A stretch of 64,000 nucleotides of DNA, from NCBI RefSeq assembly GCF_009914755.1, contig NC_060933.1. One strand, given 5' to 3'. The notes under the pieces are model-generated. The model saw only the letters and a list, made by a program, of their open reading frames with translations, ran no database searches and had not been told where the DNA came from. A program made the position numbers and the translations under genes. The stretch comes from the human T2T-CHM13v2.0 reference genome, Homo sapiens. Of this stretch, positions 1 through 14,844 are shown in pieces; the stretch's first letter is position 1; every line of letters starts with the position of its first letter.

Positions 1-99
1 GGCTAGTTTCCCTAATGCTGCTCATGATTCTCTACAATTTATTCTCAACCTGGAAAGCTGAGTGAACTTACTGAAAGACAAACCTAATTTACTCTCTTC

Positions 100-575
100 A
101 TGATTAAAACCTTCTCTCATAAGTTAAAATTCATCTTCTTAACATGACTTAAAATCTGGCCCTTCTAGTTTGCATCTTTCTCTGCCATCCGCAATAGCAA
201 TTGTCTGAATGTATTATATTACAGTACCTTGCATCTCAAAATGTGTGTGTGTGTTTTCTTGAACATTTGTTTTCTTTTTACCTAGATAGATGCTGTATGT
301 GCTTCAAATCTGTTTCTATGTTAAAGTTTCAGAAATTCTTCATGGATTATCCCGCCACCCTCACCTTCATGAAGTTGGGTTTGTGTGTCCTTGCAATGAT
401 TCTCCATAGCAGTCTCTACTCTTAGCACAGTATATTATAGTTTCTGTATTTGTCTTTGTACCGTACCAAACAGTATTATCTAAGAGAGCAAGGAATAGGC
501 CTGAATCGTTGAATATTTTACCCCCGGCACAATACTGGCACATGATCAATACTTACCCGTTATTTGTTTAATGAA
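100..575 (+). mobile_element. L2 LINE 3' fragment (old, degenerate)
   Basis: Ends in an L2-type 3' terminus 'cccggcacaatactggcacatgatcaatact...atttgtttaatgaa' (~522-575); 5' boundary approximate. Confidence 0.55.
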
Positions 576-1197
576 ACAAAATTAAATGAAATTAATTATT
601 AATTCAAATACAGAATGATTAACAGAATCATGCTAACATTGAGATGTCTTTCCATTTTTGTAATGTTGAATAACATTTCTTTTGGCATAGAGAGTTACTA
701 AAAAGTGTCAAACTCAATTGTTGAATTTTAAAATCTAAAACTCTTGAATCACATTTGTGTTTTTTTTTCTTTAACCTATCTCTTTCTCTCATGTTTATTA
801 AGTCTGTGATTTTTCCAAGTATGTTAGTTGGAAGGTATAAAATAATCTCTTATGTCTGTTTTTATCCCTAGCAAATTTTTATACTCAGTGATCCCTAAGG
901 GAGAGTTCCTAGTGTATAGAAATTATGTTAACCTGGACTGCCATTTTGTTCTTTTAATTCCAGATGAAGTGTGGCTCTCAAATTTCCCACAGAAAGAGAA
1001 GAGAAAGAAAATATGAGAGATGAAGGAAATGGACTAGAAGCAGTAGTAAGAGAGTTTAGCGACACAATTTAGATGATGATGTGCTATGACATTCTTCCTT
1101 CTCCTGTGTTTCTTGACCCTCTGTAATCCATAAACCTATACCCATATCAGTAGTGACTCTGTTCATGCTGAAATTTAGACTTCCCACATGGCCTAGG

Positions 1198-1302
1198 GCA
1201 GTAGCTTGCAAAGTGGTTCACAGAGTGACCGTGGCAGGTATGTGTAATTTTTAAGAGTTTCCTGAAGAGTCCTGATTTGTAGCCACTTTTGGGCACCATT
1301 GA
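1198..1302. mobile_element. MER5-like hAT-Charlie MITE, internally deleted
   Basis: TIR-like ends 'cagtagcttgcaaa' and 'tttgggcaccattg'; internal 'tgtaatttttaagagtttcctgaagagtcctgat' resembles the MER5 3' half. Confidence 0.45.
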
Positions 1303-1470
1303 CCATACAGTCTCTTCTCTGCATACTGCAGACTAAATTTCTGAGCCCCAGTTGAGAAATGTCTGAAATTTTTTGCACAGGTCACTTAGTCTGTACAGTT
1401 TTGGAATTATAAGTTTATATAACTCTCAATCTATAGAAAAGAGAATTCTATATCTAAAAATCTATATAGA

Positions 1471-1520
1471 AAATTCAACTAAATATCACAAACTTAAATT
1501 CAACTAAATATCACAAACTT
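1471..1520. repeat. Perfect 25-bp tandem duplication
   Basis: aaattcaactaaatatcacaaactt at 1471-1495 and 1496-1520. Confidence 0.95.
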
Positions 1521-1614
1521 TATAAGGGATGTTCTATAGGATTTGCGATCTTTTTATTGGTGTGGCAGTATATATATATCTACCTGTCTTATTTTTTCTA
1601 GTATATACAAACTA

Positions 1615-1722
1615 CTTTAATATGAGGTGTACTATCTTGTTCTTTTTGTATCCCAATATATAGCAGAATTCATGGCACACAGTAGATACCCAACCAAAAT
1701 GACTTTTAAATAAAAGGATTAA
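1615..1722 (+). mobile_element. L2 3' end fragment
   Basis: 'tatcttgttctttttgtatccc...catggcacacagtagatacccaac' is L2 terminus-like. Confidence 0.5.
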
Positions 1723-3464
1723 TAATTTTTCTATTCATGTTCTTATCCTGCTTCATACAAGGCTCTTTACCTATATTATGCCATTTGGGCCTTCAAGCTC
1801 ATCTGAAAAATATATACTAAGTCATCACTGCTAGTACAGGGCTTTCCACATTAATCACTCACTCTTATGAAATTTTGCAATGTTCTCTTTACCAAAGTTA
1901 TTTAAGTGTATGTCCATATATCCCATAAATTTTAAAATCTCAAGGGTAGTAATGTGTCTTTGAACCCCCAAAGCACAACCCCTCTTTAATAGGACAGATT
2001 CTACTGAATTGATTCATCATTAAAAAAAAGAAGCCAAAGTGGGTTTGGTGCCAATCCATAAAATATGACTGTAATTGATTGTCTCTTGTAGACCTGCCTT
2101 TAGAATAGTTCTTTGTACCCATTATATGTCCTTCTCTAACATTCATTATTGGACAACATTAGTCCTTGGATGGATCACTGAATGCTATAATCATAAGTAG
2201 GCAATGCATTTTGCACTCAGTTGTTCATTATGCTTTGATAATGGAAAAAGAGTTTCTTTAAAGTCGGAACGAATTATCACAAGTGGCTCTTTTTTTCCCA
2301 AGTGCCACCAACACTCAATTACCCTGGAACTGATTCTGTAGTTTTCAGGTTATACAGGCCATTACCTCTTCCCCTCTTCTTGATGTCTACCTTTGCACCA
2401 TTTCACTGCTCATTAGTGTCTGGAGGAAAAAAAAAAACACTTGAGAAGGCAAGGAAGGTGAAATACAGGTTGGTCATTTTGTACTTGTTAGTAGCCCTGA
2501 TAAAAGGGTTTTGTGGGAAATGTGATTAGTGAAAAGTAGTGGGATACAGTCTGGACTGTGCTCTCTATATGTGGGTCATATTTCAATCTTATATCATCAA
2601 TTAGCTTAGAATATTTAGAATTTGCTTATAGTAAAAGTTGTTTAAAGACACAAAATCTCTCTCCTATTTTTTTCATAAAATAATTTAATGACACACTATA
2701 GATGTGTGTTCTTTAATATGTGTGACACTAAGTTTGTGCTATTTAGTACATTTAAAAATACTATATTTGTGATAGGTAGGACCATCCTAGAACCCATACT
2801 TTCTATTGCACTTTGGAATATTTGGTTAGAGAATGGTGAACTGAACAGAGCTGCCATTCTTGACATTTTTATCCAAAGAAGCTATCTTTTGCTCCAAGGA
2901 ACTATGTTTCATCTTCTGAAAGTCCCAATTATAACTTAGTTTTCATGTCTTCCTGCAATTAGCATGGATAAAATACGTTGTGAATTTTGATTTTGGACAC
3001 AAATAAAGAATGTGCTTAAATAATAATTAAATCCATGTGTCTTCATTCATTTTGTCTTCTGACTGGAGAGAGGGAATTCCTGTGTCTCTTTCTTATAGTC
3101 TGATGTAAATGATCATTGAGGTGACCTTTATATTTAGCAAAAATGGGAGTTGAACATGAATGGTAGGTGTAGTTTATGATTCATGAGATAATTTAAGAAG
3201 AAATAGTGAATAAAGCAGTGACTACCTTTTTCTCTGTAAATCATGGAAACAAAAACATGGGGCAAATTTATTTTCTTCATGTTTGGATTCTGAATTATGA
3301 AATCACTGCTGTGTTGTAATATAGATTTTTCTCTTAGTCATCATTGTCCTTTAAAGTTCATTTTTTATAATTGAATATTCTAAAATGTTGCACCACATCC
3401 TTATTGAAAATGTTAGGAAAATGAACAGAAAATATTCCAAAAATCCATGCAACTCATTTCTTGA

Positions 3465-3779
<315 letters not shown>

Positions 3780-4065
3780 GAGTCACTAGGATTTTACAAG
3801 GTTTATACTTCTCTTTGGAAATGCTACTTATATTTCTGTTTCCCCAGATACATGGAAATGTAAGTGGATGGTCTCAAATTATTTTTTAACAATGTTTTGA
3901 TATGTTCTGCTTAAACAGTAGCTTTGCTCCTCTTATCTTTTCCTTTCTAATATATTAAAATAAGCTCCTCAAATATTTAAGTTCTCTTTTTATTTTTCTA
4001 TTTTATCTGTTATAATTTGCTCTTTGCAGAGCTTGTCTGCTTTAAAAATGTATGCATTGCTCTTT

Positions 4066-4137
4066 TATATATATATATTTATAAACACTATATATTTACA
4101 CACACACACACACATATATATATTTATACACACACAT
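4066..4137. repeat. Compound (TA)n/(CA)n microsatellite
   Basis: Alternating tatatata and cacacaca tracts. Confidence 0.85.
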
Positions 4138-4558
4138 TTATGTATTTCAGGTAGTTTGAGATAATCTGGGTTTATCTCAAGCCTATTAGTTGTAAAGTAA
4201 TGAACATAAGCGCTAGAACTTATACAGATGAGCAAGTCATAAAACCAAGTGTCAAACTTAAATAGCTAGGAAACAAAGCTCTTCATTTTCTTTTCATGAG
4301 GACTAAGCTGGTAATCAGTGATCTCCTCTAACTCTTTTTCCTTTACATGACTGGAACAGTGATATTGCACATCTTAGGTTTTCCTCTCTCCTTTTTCATA
4401 TTCTATCCCTGTTCAACACATTTTTCTTCACCACCGAGTTCATATGGAATTCTTCCTCTTAACATCCACAGAGCAATTTCACTTTCACTTGATATACTGT
4501 TTGTGTCACCTGAACCTTAACTTATTCGGTCTTATATTTCCCCCTTAAATGTTGAGGA

Positions 4559-4818
4559 CAGCATTCCTTAAAGTGTTCTATAGAATAGTTGTTCTATAAT
4601 ACAGTCTCGTAGCAAACAGTTTCAAGGCTAAATTTGACAAGTGCTGTATACTTTATACGTTTCTTTGACATTTATAACAAATATTAGCATAGGATCTGAA
4701 ACTTCCTGCAACAAATCAGTCTAGCTTAACTTTATAACAATCTTCATTTTATGTTTTTTTTAACCTTTCTTTTTCTAAAGCATCTGATAATGTCTTATGT
4801 AGACTTTGGTATATGCTA
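4559..4818 (+). mobile_element. MER103(C)-like hAT-Charlie DNA transposon
   Basis: Ends 'cagcattccttaaagtgttct' and 'actttggtatatgct'; internal 'attagcataggatctgaaacttcctgcaac...ttaacttt' is colinear with the recalled MER103 consensus. Confidence 0.6.
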
Positions 4819-5056
4819 ATTTTGAGTGTGGTAAAGAAACTTTTCTTAATTATCAGATTGATTATTTCACATATCTATGTTAAAAGTTAGTGTCTTTCAC
4901 ATTATTTTAATATAAAAAATACTTTTCTTCTTACAACTTGATTTTTACCAGACTCTTTTACCAAATAGTTATAAACATAGCAACTCCACTTTTCTCCCAA
5001 TGAATAGGAAGGGTTGTCAACTCCTCTGGCAGATCACACCTAAACTGGTAGTTCTT

Positions 5057-5845
5057 TTTAATTAAATTTTAAATTTTTAATTTCTGTTGGTACATAGTAG
5101 GTGTGTATATTTATGAGGTATATGAGATGTTTTGATACAGGCACGCTATGTGAAATAACCACTTCATGGATAATGGGGTATCCATCTCTTCAAGTATTTA
5201 TCTTTTGAGTTACAAACAATTCATTTATTCTTTTGGTTATTTTAAAATGTTCAGTTATTATTGATGAAACTCACTCTGTTGTGCTATCAAGTAGTAAGTC
5301 TTATTTATTTTTTCTAACTTTAAAAAAAAAAAACTATTAACCATACCCACCTTATCTCCAGCCCTCGTTACCCTTCTTAGCCTCAGGTAACCATGCTTCT
5401 ACTCTCTGTCTCCATGAATCCAATTGTTTTGATTTTTAGATCCTACAAATAAATGAGAATGTGCAATGTTTGTCTTTCCGTGACTGACTTATTTTCACTT
5501 AACATAATGACCTCCAGTTCTATCCATGTTATAGCAAATGAAGGATTTCGTTGTTTTTATGGCTGAATAATATTCCACTGCATAAATGTACCACAATTTC
5601 TTTATCTATTCATCTGTTTTGGACATTTTGGTTGCTTCCAAATCTTAGCTGTTATGAACATTGCTGCAATAAACATAAGAGTGCTGATATCTCTTTGATG
5701 TACTGATTTCCTTTCTTTAGGGTATTTACCCAGCAGTGGGATTGCTAGATCATATGGCAAATCTATTTTTAGTTTTTTGAGGAACCTCCAAACTGGTCTC
5801 CATAATGGTTGTACTAATTGACATTCGTACCAACACTGCATATGG
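5057..5845 (-). mobile_element. L1MA1/L1MA2 5'-truncated LINE (ORF2 C-terminus plus 3'UTR) with 16-bp TSD
   Basis: ORF 5602-5841 is the L1 ORF2 C-terminus (CWxECxLVQPLW...PYDxAIPLLG); L1MA-type 3'UTR; TSD taaactggtagttctt at 5041-5056 and 5846-5861. Confidence 0.9.
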
Positions 5846-5989
5846 TAAACTGGTAGTTCTTATTAAGAATTAGGTAACTATTTTGAGAGCAATAAATATT
5901 CATTAAAAATTGCCATTTTTAACAAGAGCATAATTCAATTATTAAAATAAAACAAACAAAATGCCAAGCAGAAGTTATTAGATGCAGTA

Positions 5990-6380
5990 AGGAGAATGGT
6001 CTGGCGTGAAAATTAAGGGAAAAAAATGAAGAAGGTCAAAAATGAGGCTATTTTAATAATCCAGGAGAAAGTTTCAGGTTGTGTGGAATAAGGTGTAGGT
6101 GACATAAATTGAAATAAGTGAATAGATTTTAGAGATGTATAGGAGGTAAAAGAAACAGGGTGAAGTAATTAAATATACAGTAATAGTAAGAAAGATAAAG
6201 GTGGGGTGCTACTATATTTCTAGCTTGAAAAAGCATTGATTCGAATTAGAGAAGTACTGGGATTGGAGGGGGTATGGCATGCAGAAAACCGTGCTTTAAT
6301 TTTTGACCAAGTTGAATCAGAGCTGACTTTAAGAATTCAGGGTGAAGTTATTAAATAGGCAATCAGATATATTGACCATT
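5990..6380 (-). mobile_element. L2 fragment
   Basis: Purine-rich antisense-L2 motifs 'gaggctattttaataatccaggaga' and 'gaatagattttagagatgtataggaggtaaaa'. Confidence 0.5.
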
Positions 6381-6900
6381 TTTTTCTCAATAGAGAAAAA
6401 AATGAAAACAAGTGAATTCATTAGAATACAAATGGCAGTTTAAGTCAGGACCATGTGTGAGATTATTTAATATTTAAAAATAAACACATAAATAATTTTA
6501 TTTATTTTTTAACTTCATTTTCTTTTCACATGCCATGAGATTATTGAGCTACACTAACAAACACCAAATTTCTTGCTGTTAGTAACTAACCTTCTCCTAT
6601 GAAGATTTGTATTCAGCTAAGTGGTAATTATCTCCTAAAATACACCAAAATGTTTCTAACCTGGTGATTTTAATGTTTCATTTTAATACTTGTTATCAGT
6701 GCATTCAGCAGAGATGATTGCCAGTTCCTGGAAATAAGTTTTCATACACTCAAACACCTTTGCTCTGTTTTAAATCTAATTTCTCTATGCGTGGACTATC
6801 TATGATGCCCTCTTGCCTACTCAAGGACATCATTACGGATCTATTCTCTCTTTTTTTGCCTACATTATCATTTTTTTTCCTCTCTACTTGATCAGCATGT

Positions 6901-7512
6901 ATGTGGTTTTGCACTGGATTGATTTGGCTAAGCTGTAAATAAGTTTGCAGGTTAGTGTTGATCAAGAGAAATTTGCTTGAGATTTGGAAGGTTGAAGTGA
7001 TGCATAAGATGTTATTACCTGAAGGTCAGTGGGAATAAATGTGGTGAAAGACATGTGCATAGATACCAGTAGGTTTCAGATTTCCTCTTCTCTTCCTTGT
7101 TATGTGAAACAGATGCAGAGGTTCTGGTAGGTTTCAGCTTGACTACATCTTCTCTTCTAAGCACTTCTTTCTGGCTACCAGCCCTGTTGACCACCAGTAG
7201 CCTCAGGCCCAAAACCATGTGCAAAAGCTGTAGATTTCATAATCTTCTCCATTAGCTCTCTCTTGTGGTCCCACTCAAACGGCTGGATGTGCCTGGCTTT
7301 CCAGATTTCCTCTCAAATTCTCAGTGTCCAACCACTCCAGTATTTTGGAAGGCTGGTTAGTTATTTAGTTACTTTCATTTTACCCTCCAACTCCCCTTTT
7401 GGATGCCTCCTTCCTCAGATTCTTCATAAATATGTAAAGTTTTATTCCTAGAATCATTTATTATATAATATTCTTAGTAGTTTTCTTTCCCTGAGTGAAT
7501 CGCGATTGATGA
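6901..7512 (+). mobile_element. LTR33-family (ERVL) solo LTR
   Basis: 'ttggctaagctg...caagagaaatttgcttgagatttggaaggttgaagtga' at the 5' end and 'ataatattcttagtagttttctttccctgagtgaatc' at the 3' end match recalled LTR33. Confidence 0.6.
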
Positions 7513-7599
7513 AGTATATAATTATGTTGCTCTAGTATTAATGGGGAGAAATGCTGAATTCCTCTGCCAGTTACCACCAGCTTTCATTACTTTTCCTTG

Positions 7600-9056
7600 G
7601 GTCAAAATTCCTTAAAATTGTTTTTATACTTGCCTTCTCCAAATCTCTTATTCTCTCCTAACCCATTCTGATTCATGTTTCATTTCTATCGTATCACATA
7701 AATAGTTGCATCAAGGTCAATTATGATATCCACATTTCTAAATCAAATGGTCAATTTTATGCCTTCTGTTACTTGAACTATCAGCAACATTTGACAAAGT
7801 TGATTACGCCATCCTCCTTGGCATACTTTATTCACTTGTCTTCTAGAATACTGTACTTTTTTGGTTTTTCTCTTATCTTGACTATTCCTCAGCCTTTTTT
7901 CCCAGTTTCTTTTGTTCTCCACACTCTCTTAATAGTTGAGTGCCTCAGGGATCAATCCTTGGTCCTCTTATCTTCTCTGTGAAGGTTCACTCCTTTCGTG
8001 ATCTAATTCTGTTTCCTTCCTGTCTACTTACAGATGATGCCCCAAATTTTATATCCAACCCAGAATATCTCAAAATATAGACTACATACTCAGCATCTCC
8101 ACTTGGATATCTAACAATCAACTCAAAATCAGCATATCCCAAACCCCTATTTGGACTATTTTTCCAAACTCAGATCTATCTGCAGCCTTCTCCATTTTGT
8201 TTGATGGAAGCTCTATCCCCTCTGTCATTATATTCAAAAAGTCTAGATTAGTCATCATAACTATTCCCTTTCTCTCACATCTGAAATGGCTAGAAAATTG
8301 TGTTGACTCAACTTTAAAAATATGTCTAGAATTCAAACACACACCCTACCACTGCTCTTGGTGGAGTCACCATCTTTTCACCTGAGGTTACTTTAGTAGG
8401 CTCTTGTCAGAATTCTGACAATTCTTACAAATTTGTCTATCTGCAGTTTATTATAAGCACAACAGCCATATTCACCCTTAAAAACATAAGATACATCTCT
8501 CATTCCCTTACTAAAAACTCAACTGATCTCCATTTTTTGTTAAAATAAAGCTAAAAGTCTTACAATGGCCCACAAGATCCTACATATAGTGAGGCTTCCT
8601 CACTTATCTCTTTGCGCTCATCTCCTACTTCTGTGCTACAACGTCATTTCCTTCTTTACTGTTCCTCAATCATGCTACCTTGTGGCTTTTGAGTCAATTG
8701 ATATTCATTTCTCTTAAAATATCTATTTGTTTAACTTCCCCACCTCTTTTACACATTTACAGAAATCTGATTTTCTTAATAACACCTTTTCTGGCAAACC
8801 TAATGCTACCTACCCTGTCCCAATGCTGACACTTGAATGTCCCTTTCAACTAGTCAATTTTTTTTCTTTTTATATAGCGTTTATCACTGCTAATACAAGA
8901 TTTAATTTAGTTACTCATTATACTTTCTAATTTTCTGCCTATCTCAGCTAAATATTAAATTCTATTTGGATAGATTCTTCATCTATCTTGGTCATTGATA
9001 TATACCAAGTGCCTACGATGGTGTCTGGCTCCAAAGAGGTACTCAACAAAGGTATG
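7600..9056 (+). mobile_element. L2a LINE, ~1.45 kb RT-to-3' end fragment
   Basis: 'aaatcaaatggtcaatttt...cagcaacatttgacaaagttgat', 'catctccacttggatatctaac', and terminus 'gtgcctacgatggtgtctggctccaaagaggtactcaacaaa'. Confidence 0.8.
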
Positions 9057-10068
9057 CCACCAGATTTTTGTTAAAGCCACTCTTAAATACAGCAGCCTTT
9101 GGATATTAGCTCTAATACTATTTTTTCTTGGTATGTAAGAGATATAATGCAATCTCTATTTTCTGTATCTTTTGCTTCTTGATTTGTGAAGTTGTCTTCT
9201 ATGTAATTTAGGAATGCTTTGACATTGCTTGTTTGTCACTATTATCCTCACCCTGTCAAAATACAGGAGAGTTGGAAATCTCCTTTGAATATGAGACAGA
9301 ACAATTTAGAATATAGAAAATGTTGACTTACAGGTTTTCATTGTTACTCACCTTTCATACTGATGTTCCTTTCCTATGGCTGGCCGATAGCCATCATAGT
9401 TTTTTCGGCATTTTTTTATTCCTTACATTATTAGCTGAAGTGCTTTACCATACCACTATTCATTGTCAAATTGTATCTCTCTGATATTGTAAATACTTTT
9501 GATATATAATACACTCTCCTGCCATTCTCTTTGTTAACACTCCAATAATGGAATGAACCCTCGAGGTTCTGGTTATGCCCGCTAGGTTATGACCTCCTCT
9601 CCATGTAAGCACTTGTAATGTTCTCAATCACATGCCATATGCCATACATTTATGCTTTGCCACCTCAGTAAATGAATAACATTTGTCTCTCAATGCAGAG
9701 AAAAAATTATAATTCTGCATTATTTTAAATCTAGAAAATATATAGCTATATATTTGAGTCAAATATCTATGACCTATTTTACCTACAGCAAAACCACTTA
9801 GTGTATTTTAATATTTCTAAACTTTTGGAGAGTAAGAGAAGAACATTGTAAAACAGGAAATTTTAGTAATTAAAACTAAAATGACAAATTGGGAATATTT
9901 TAATTATTTCATAAATATGAATTATATGGCAAATATTTTCTAAGTGGTAATGATTATTAAAATGAAGGTGAACATTAGAATTGATTAATCTCTGGAGGGG
10001 AAGTAGAAAAAAACTCTGATAGCACCATACACAGACTCTAATCATTCTATGTTGGACGATTCTTATAG

Positions 10069-10366
<298 letters not shown>

Positions 10367-10399
10367 ATAGTTCACATTTTTAATGAGCCATTTCTTTTC

Positions 10400-10840
10400 C
10401 AACCTTAGCAATGGCTGCTGCCTCTTACATTGCATAGTTCAGCCAGGCCCAGTTGCTCTCACTTCCTCCAGTAGACCTGGTGGTTTCATGCCAGACGTTG
10501 TTCTTACTATTCCAAATAACCTTTCTGACTTTACCTGCAATTGCCCCCATTGTGTCTGTTTGTTAGCACTTATTTATCTTTTAAATTTAAGTGTTGCCTT
10601 TTTTTTTCCTGACTTCTACCTGGGAAAAGTGTTAATTCTTTCCTTTGGAAACTGCACATAATTAACTGTATAATAGTGAGTGCATACAGCTTATTTCTTT
10701 TTCCCAACTAGACTAAATATCTTGAAGGAAGTTGCAATATCTTTGTCGTTATAATATGTCCAGAACATAGCACATGCAAGATATGGTGTAGTTATTTAGT
10801 TAAATCTTCAGGTGACTGATACAATGGCTGAATGAGAAAA
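10400..10840 (+). mobile_element. L2 3' fragment
   Basis: 'ttcccaactagactaaatatcttgaagg...gtccagaacatagcacatgcaag' resembles the L2 3' end. Confidence 0.45.
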
Positions 10841-11937
10841 CATTGAAATAATAAAGAAAATAAAGAATACGTTTAACAATTCTGGGTTGCATAGAGCAGA
10901 CTGGATGTGATTGATACAATTAGCAATGGCTTTCCATTAAAGTATACAAAGATGCAAAAATGGTCACAGTATTTTAAAGTAAATTCAAATAACTATCTAG
11001 AAAGAAAATGGGGAAACTGTGTTGATTCTTCACTCCGGTCTGAGGTCTAAATAAAAAACCCCAAGATGCAAAGAAACCATAACCTGATAAACTAAGCAAG
11101 CTTTCAATTCACTGGAAACTATCTTTGGTTTGAACCAAGATTTCTGGTCCATTATTAGCAGCAGCTTATTTCTGTCTGTATTCATTTAAAGACTAACCTC
11201 CCAGTACAAAAAAGATAAAGAAGGGAATGAGTGAGAGCCTGTATACTTGGATGCTTTTTTAAAAGCATTAGAAGAAAAAAGCTTCAGAAACAGGGATAGA
11301 ACACAAGGTGTTGGGATTACATATGCCAGGATATGTCTTGAATGTTTTACGTGGCTAGGAGATAGAGCAACTGCATTTTATTCTCTAGCTTCATTACATA
11401 AACTGCCATTCTGAGCCAAAAAAAAAAAAATCCACTTATAGTTTTGTGGACCAAGAGTTGTTGAATGTTTGTTAGGTCTCATAAACTGCACTAGATGCTA
11501 TACAGAGCAACTTGACATTCAGATTAGATTATAAGATCCAGAAACTGTCAGAATGTCTCCTATGTGAAGAGTAAGTGAACAAATGACACTTCACTCACAC
11601 TTTTGTCCTCGGACCCTAAGCTGATACAGATTTTGCCCACTCAAAGAGATGGAAATAAGACCTTTAAAAGGAGGGGGATATGCTAACAAGAGAGAAAAAC
11701 AACATTTCCCTGAAGACAAAAAAAAAACCCCAAATATCTGAAAAATGACTTTTTATGAGAAGTAGGTGGAGACTTGAGGAGACATCTGCATGGGGGAAGA
11801 TCTACAACATGGAGTAGACATAAATCATGGAGGAGAATTAACTTGAGCATCAGAGAATAAATCTTCCCTCTCGTTTTAAATTCACCATTGAATGAACAAA
11901 AGAATATAAAAATAGAAGGAAAATTCAGCATTTTTAA

Positions 11938-12041
11938 ATTTTATTTTATTATTATTATACTTTAAGTTTTAGGGTACATGTGCACAATGTGCAGGTTTGT
12001 TACATATGTATACGTGTGCCATGCTGGTGTGCTGTGCTGGT
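11938..12041 (-). mobile_element. Extremely 5'-truncated L1PA3/L1PA4 (104 bp) with 18-bp TSD
   Basis: 'ttattattatactttaagttttagggtacatgtgcacaatgtgcaggtttgttacatatgtatac' is the young L1PA 3' end; TSD aaaattcagcatttttaa at 11920-11937 and 12042-12059. Confidence 0.92.
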
Positions 12042-13244
12042 AAAATTCAGCATTTTTAATGGAAAACATGGGAGGATGCCATCTATATGCCAGAAACCCC
12101 AAGGATGGGGCTATATTAAATGAAGGCAATGGGGAGATCCTTACAAGCCTTTTCTAGGGAAAGTAATATGGGATGATAAGAACTAAGCAAAGATGGTCAT
12201 GGCACAAACGAATTAATATTTTCCTAATCAGTTATATTAAGACTGTAGTTGAAAACAGGTTGTTAAACATGAGAGAAATATATAAATTCTTTATGACTAT
12301 AGAATAGCAGTATTCAGAATAGGTTACTTAGAGAAAACAAGAGCAGGCATGTCTGTTTCAAGCAGAGTGATTACAGGGTATTTCCAGACATGGAAGCAAT
12401 AGGAGTAGGAGACAGAGACCCAGGAAGTTGGACAGACACCCCATGTGGAAAATGGAGAATAGAGCAGAGTGAAATAATTTTAAAAGCTAGCTCCTATCAC
12501 AGAAAATTTACCCATCAGAAAGGACAATATGACTATGATGGCTCTAAATGAGGCAAGCAGTTTTCTCACAAAAGGAATAAACTTGCATTAAGCCAGTTCT
12601 CAGCTAGAAATCTGAAAAGAGCTTTAAATAGCTTCTAAGAAAACACTAAGAGGATCAAAGTAAAATTCATCTTTGTAACTGCTAGTCTAGAATGTGCCTT
12701 CTCTTCAATTATGTGTAAACAAAACAACACTGAACAGAATCTTTTATATGAAAGATAAATGTAACACATGAGGTAAGGAAAGAGTAGTTTTGAGGAAAAA
12801 AAATTACGAGAGTGAAATATTTTAAAAGAAATTTCATGTTGTGTTCTTAAAATAATTTTAAAAATATGGACTCTGAAATAACTCAGGTTCAGATCAAGAA
12901 AAAGAAAAAATACACTAGTAGATAGCTTTTTACAGGAAAGAATAAAAACAAAATTGTAATAGCAGAATTAAAGACTGAAACAGAAACAATAATGGTTAAG
13001 AAAATCAGACAAGTTATATGTGGATGGAAAAAGCTTAGGAGGCTTTCATAGAATGTATAAGGAAAGAAATAAAGAGATGAAATAAACAAAGGAGAGGCTG
13101 AGGAAGAAGCAGAGAATAAAGATCTAAAATATGAATAATTATTTCATTCTGAAGAAAAAGCCAAAGTAAAAAGAACAGAAACAATATAGGAAGAAATACT
13201 AAAAGAAAAATTTCCAGAGATTAAAACAAACAAAAAACAAACTT

Positions 13245-13905
<661 letters not shown>

Positions 13906-14357
13906 TAAACAAACAAAAAAACCCAGATCATGAATTTGAAAGCAGTTCACCATATGGTAGTAAATATTGATTTTTTTTAAAAGGCTACCTATGCCTTGAA
14001 CTATTTTACTAATTTGTTTTTACTTCTGGGTTTTAAAAATTGTATAATATTTATGCAGAAAAAAAACAAGGAAGAAAAATCGGAGTTGTAAGTTTGGTCT
14101 AATACCTATTTGGAAATATGAGAGGTATCAAGTAATATATAAATACTTGAAAGAATAATGCTGTGAACAACAACACAATATATAATTAAAGTGTCCTTAT
14201 ATGTGCAAGCATATAAAGACATTTTTCTTTTTGGAGGTAGGGGAGAGTGTAACCTGGAATTGTAAACCATTTACTATCAGTACCACAACAAGTAGCAGAA
14301 AGCAAGGTAGACAAAGTTCAAATATACTCCCTTTGTATTTCTGTTCTATTATTTTAT

Positions 14358-14358
<1 letters not shown>

Positions 14359-14393
<35 letters not shown>

Positions 14394-14405
14394 ATCTATC
14401 TATCT
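14359..14405. repeat. (TATC)n / (GATA)n tetranucleotide STR at the Alu tail
   Basis: ctatctatctatc... array directly abutting the AluJ 3' end. Confidence 0.9.
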
Positions 14406-14690
14406 TTAGAGACAGGGCCTTGCTTTGTTACCTGGGCTGGAGTGCGGTGGCACCATCATAGCTTACTGCAGCCTGGAACTCCTGGACTCAAGAGATCCTC
14501 CCATCTCAGTGTTCCGAGTAGCTGGGGCTACAGGTGCATGCCACTACATAGGGCTATTTTGAAATTTTTTGTAGAGATAGATTCTTACCATGTTCCCCAG
14601 ACAAGACTAGAACACCTGGCTTGAAGGAATCCTTCTCCTTTGGCCTCCCAAAGTGCTAGGATTATAGGCATGAGCCACCATGCCTAGCCT
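14406..14690 (-). mobile_element. AluJ
   Basis: J-type features 'gacagggccttgc', 'catcatagcttactgcagcctggaactcctggactcaagagatcctccc'; heavily CpG-decayed. Confidence 0.88.
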
Positions 14691-14844
14691 GGTTATATTC
14701 CTTTAAATCCAACATTGGTGGTACTATTGTTTATGACAATTGGAAAATTTATACAGTCAAGTATTTTAAAATTTAATAGTAAATACCTGGAGAATTAAAA
14801 ATAAGATAATTACATTGTAAATTACTACAGTAAAATGAAAGGGC

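Noticed and set aside
8404-8421. Perfect 18-bp palindrome ttgtcagaattctgacaa
   Set aside because: Isolated, inside a decayed L2; about one such palindrome is plausible by chance or local template switching in 64 kb of AT-rich DNA
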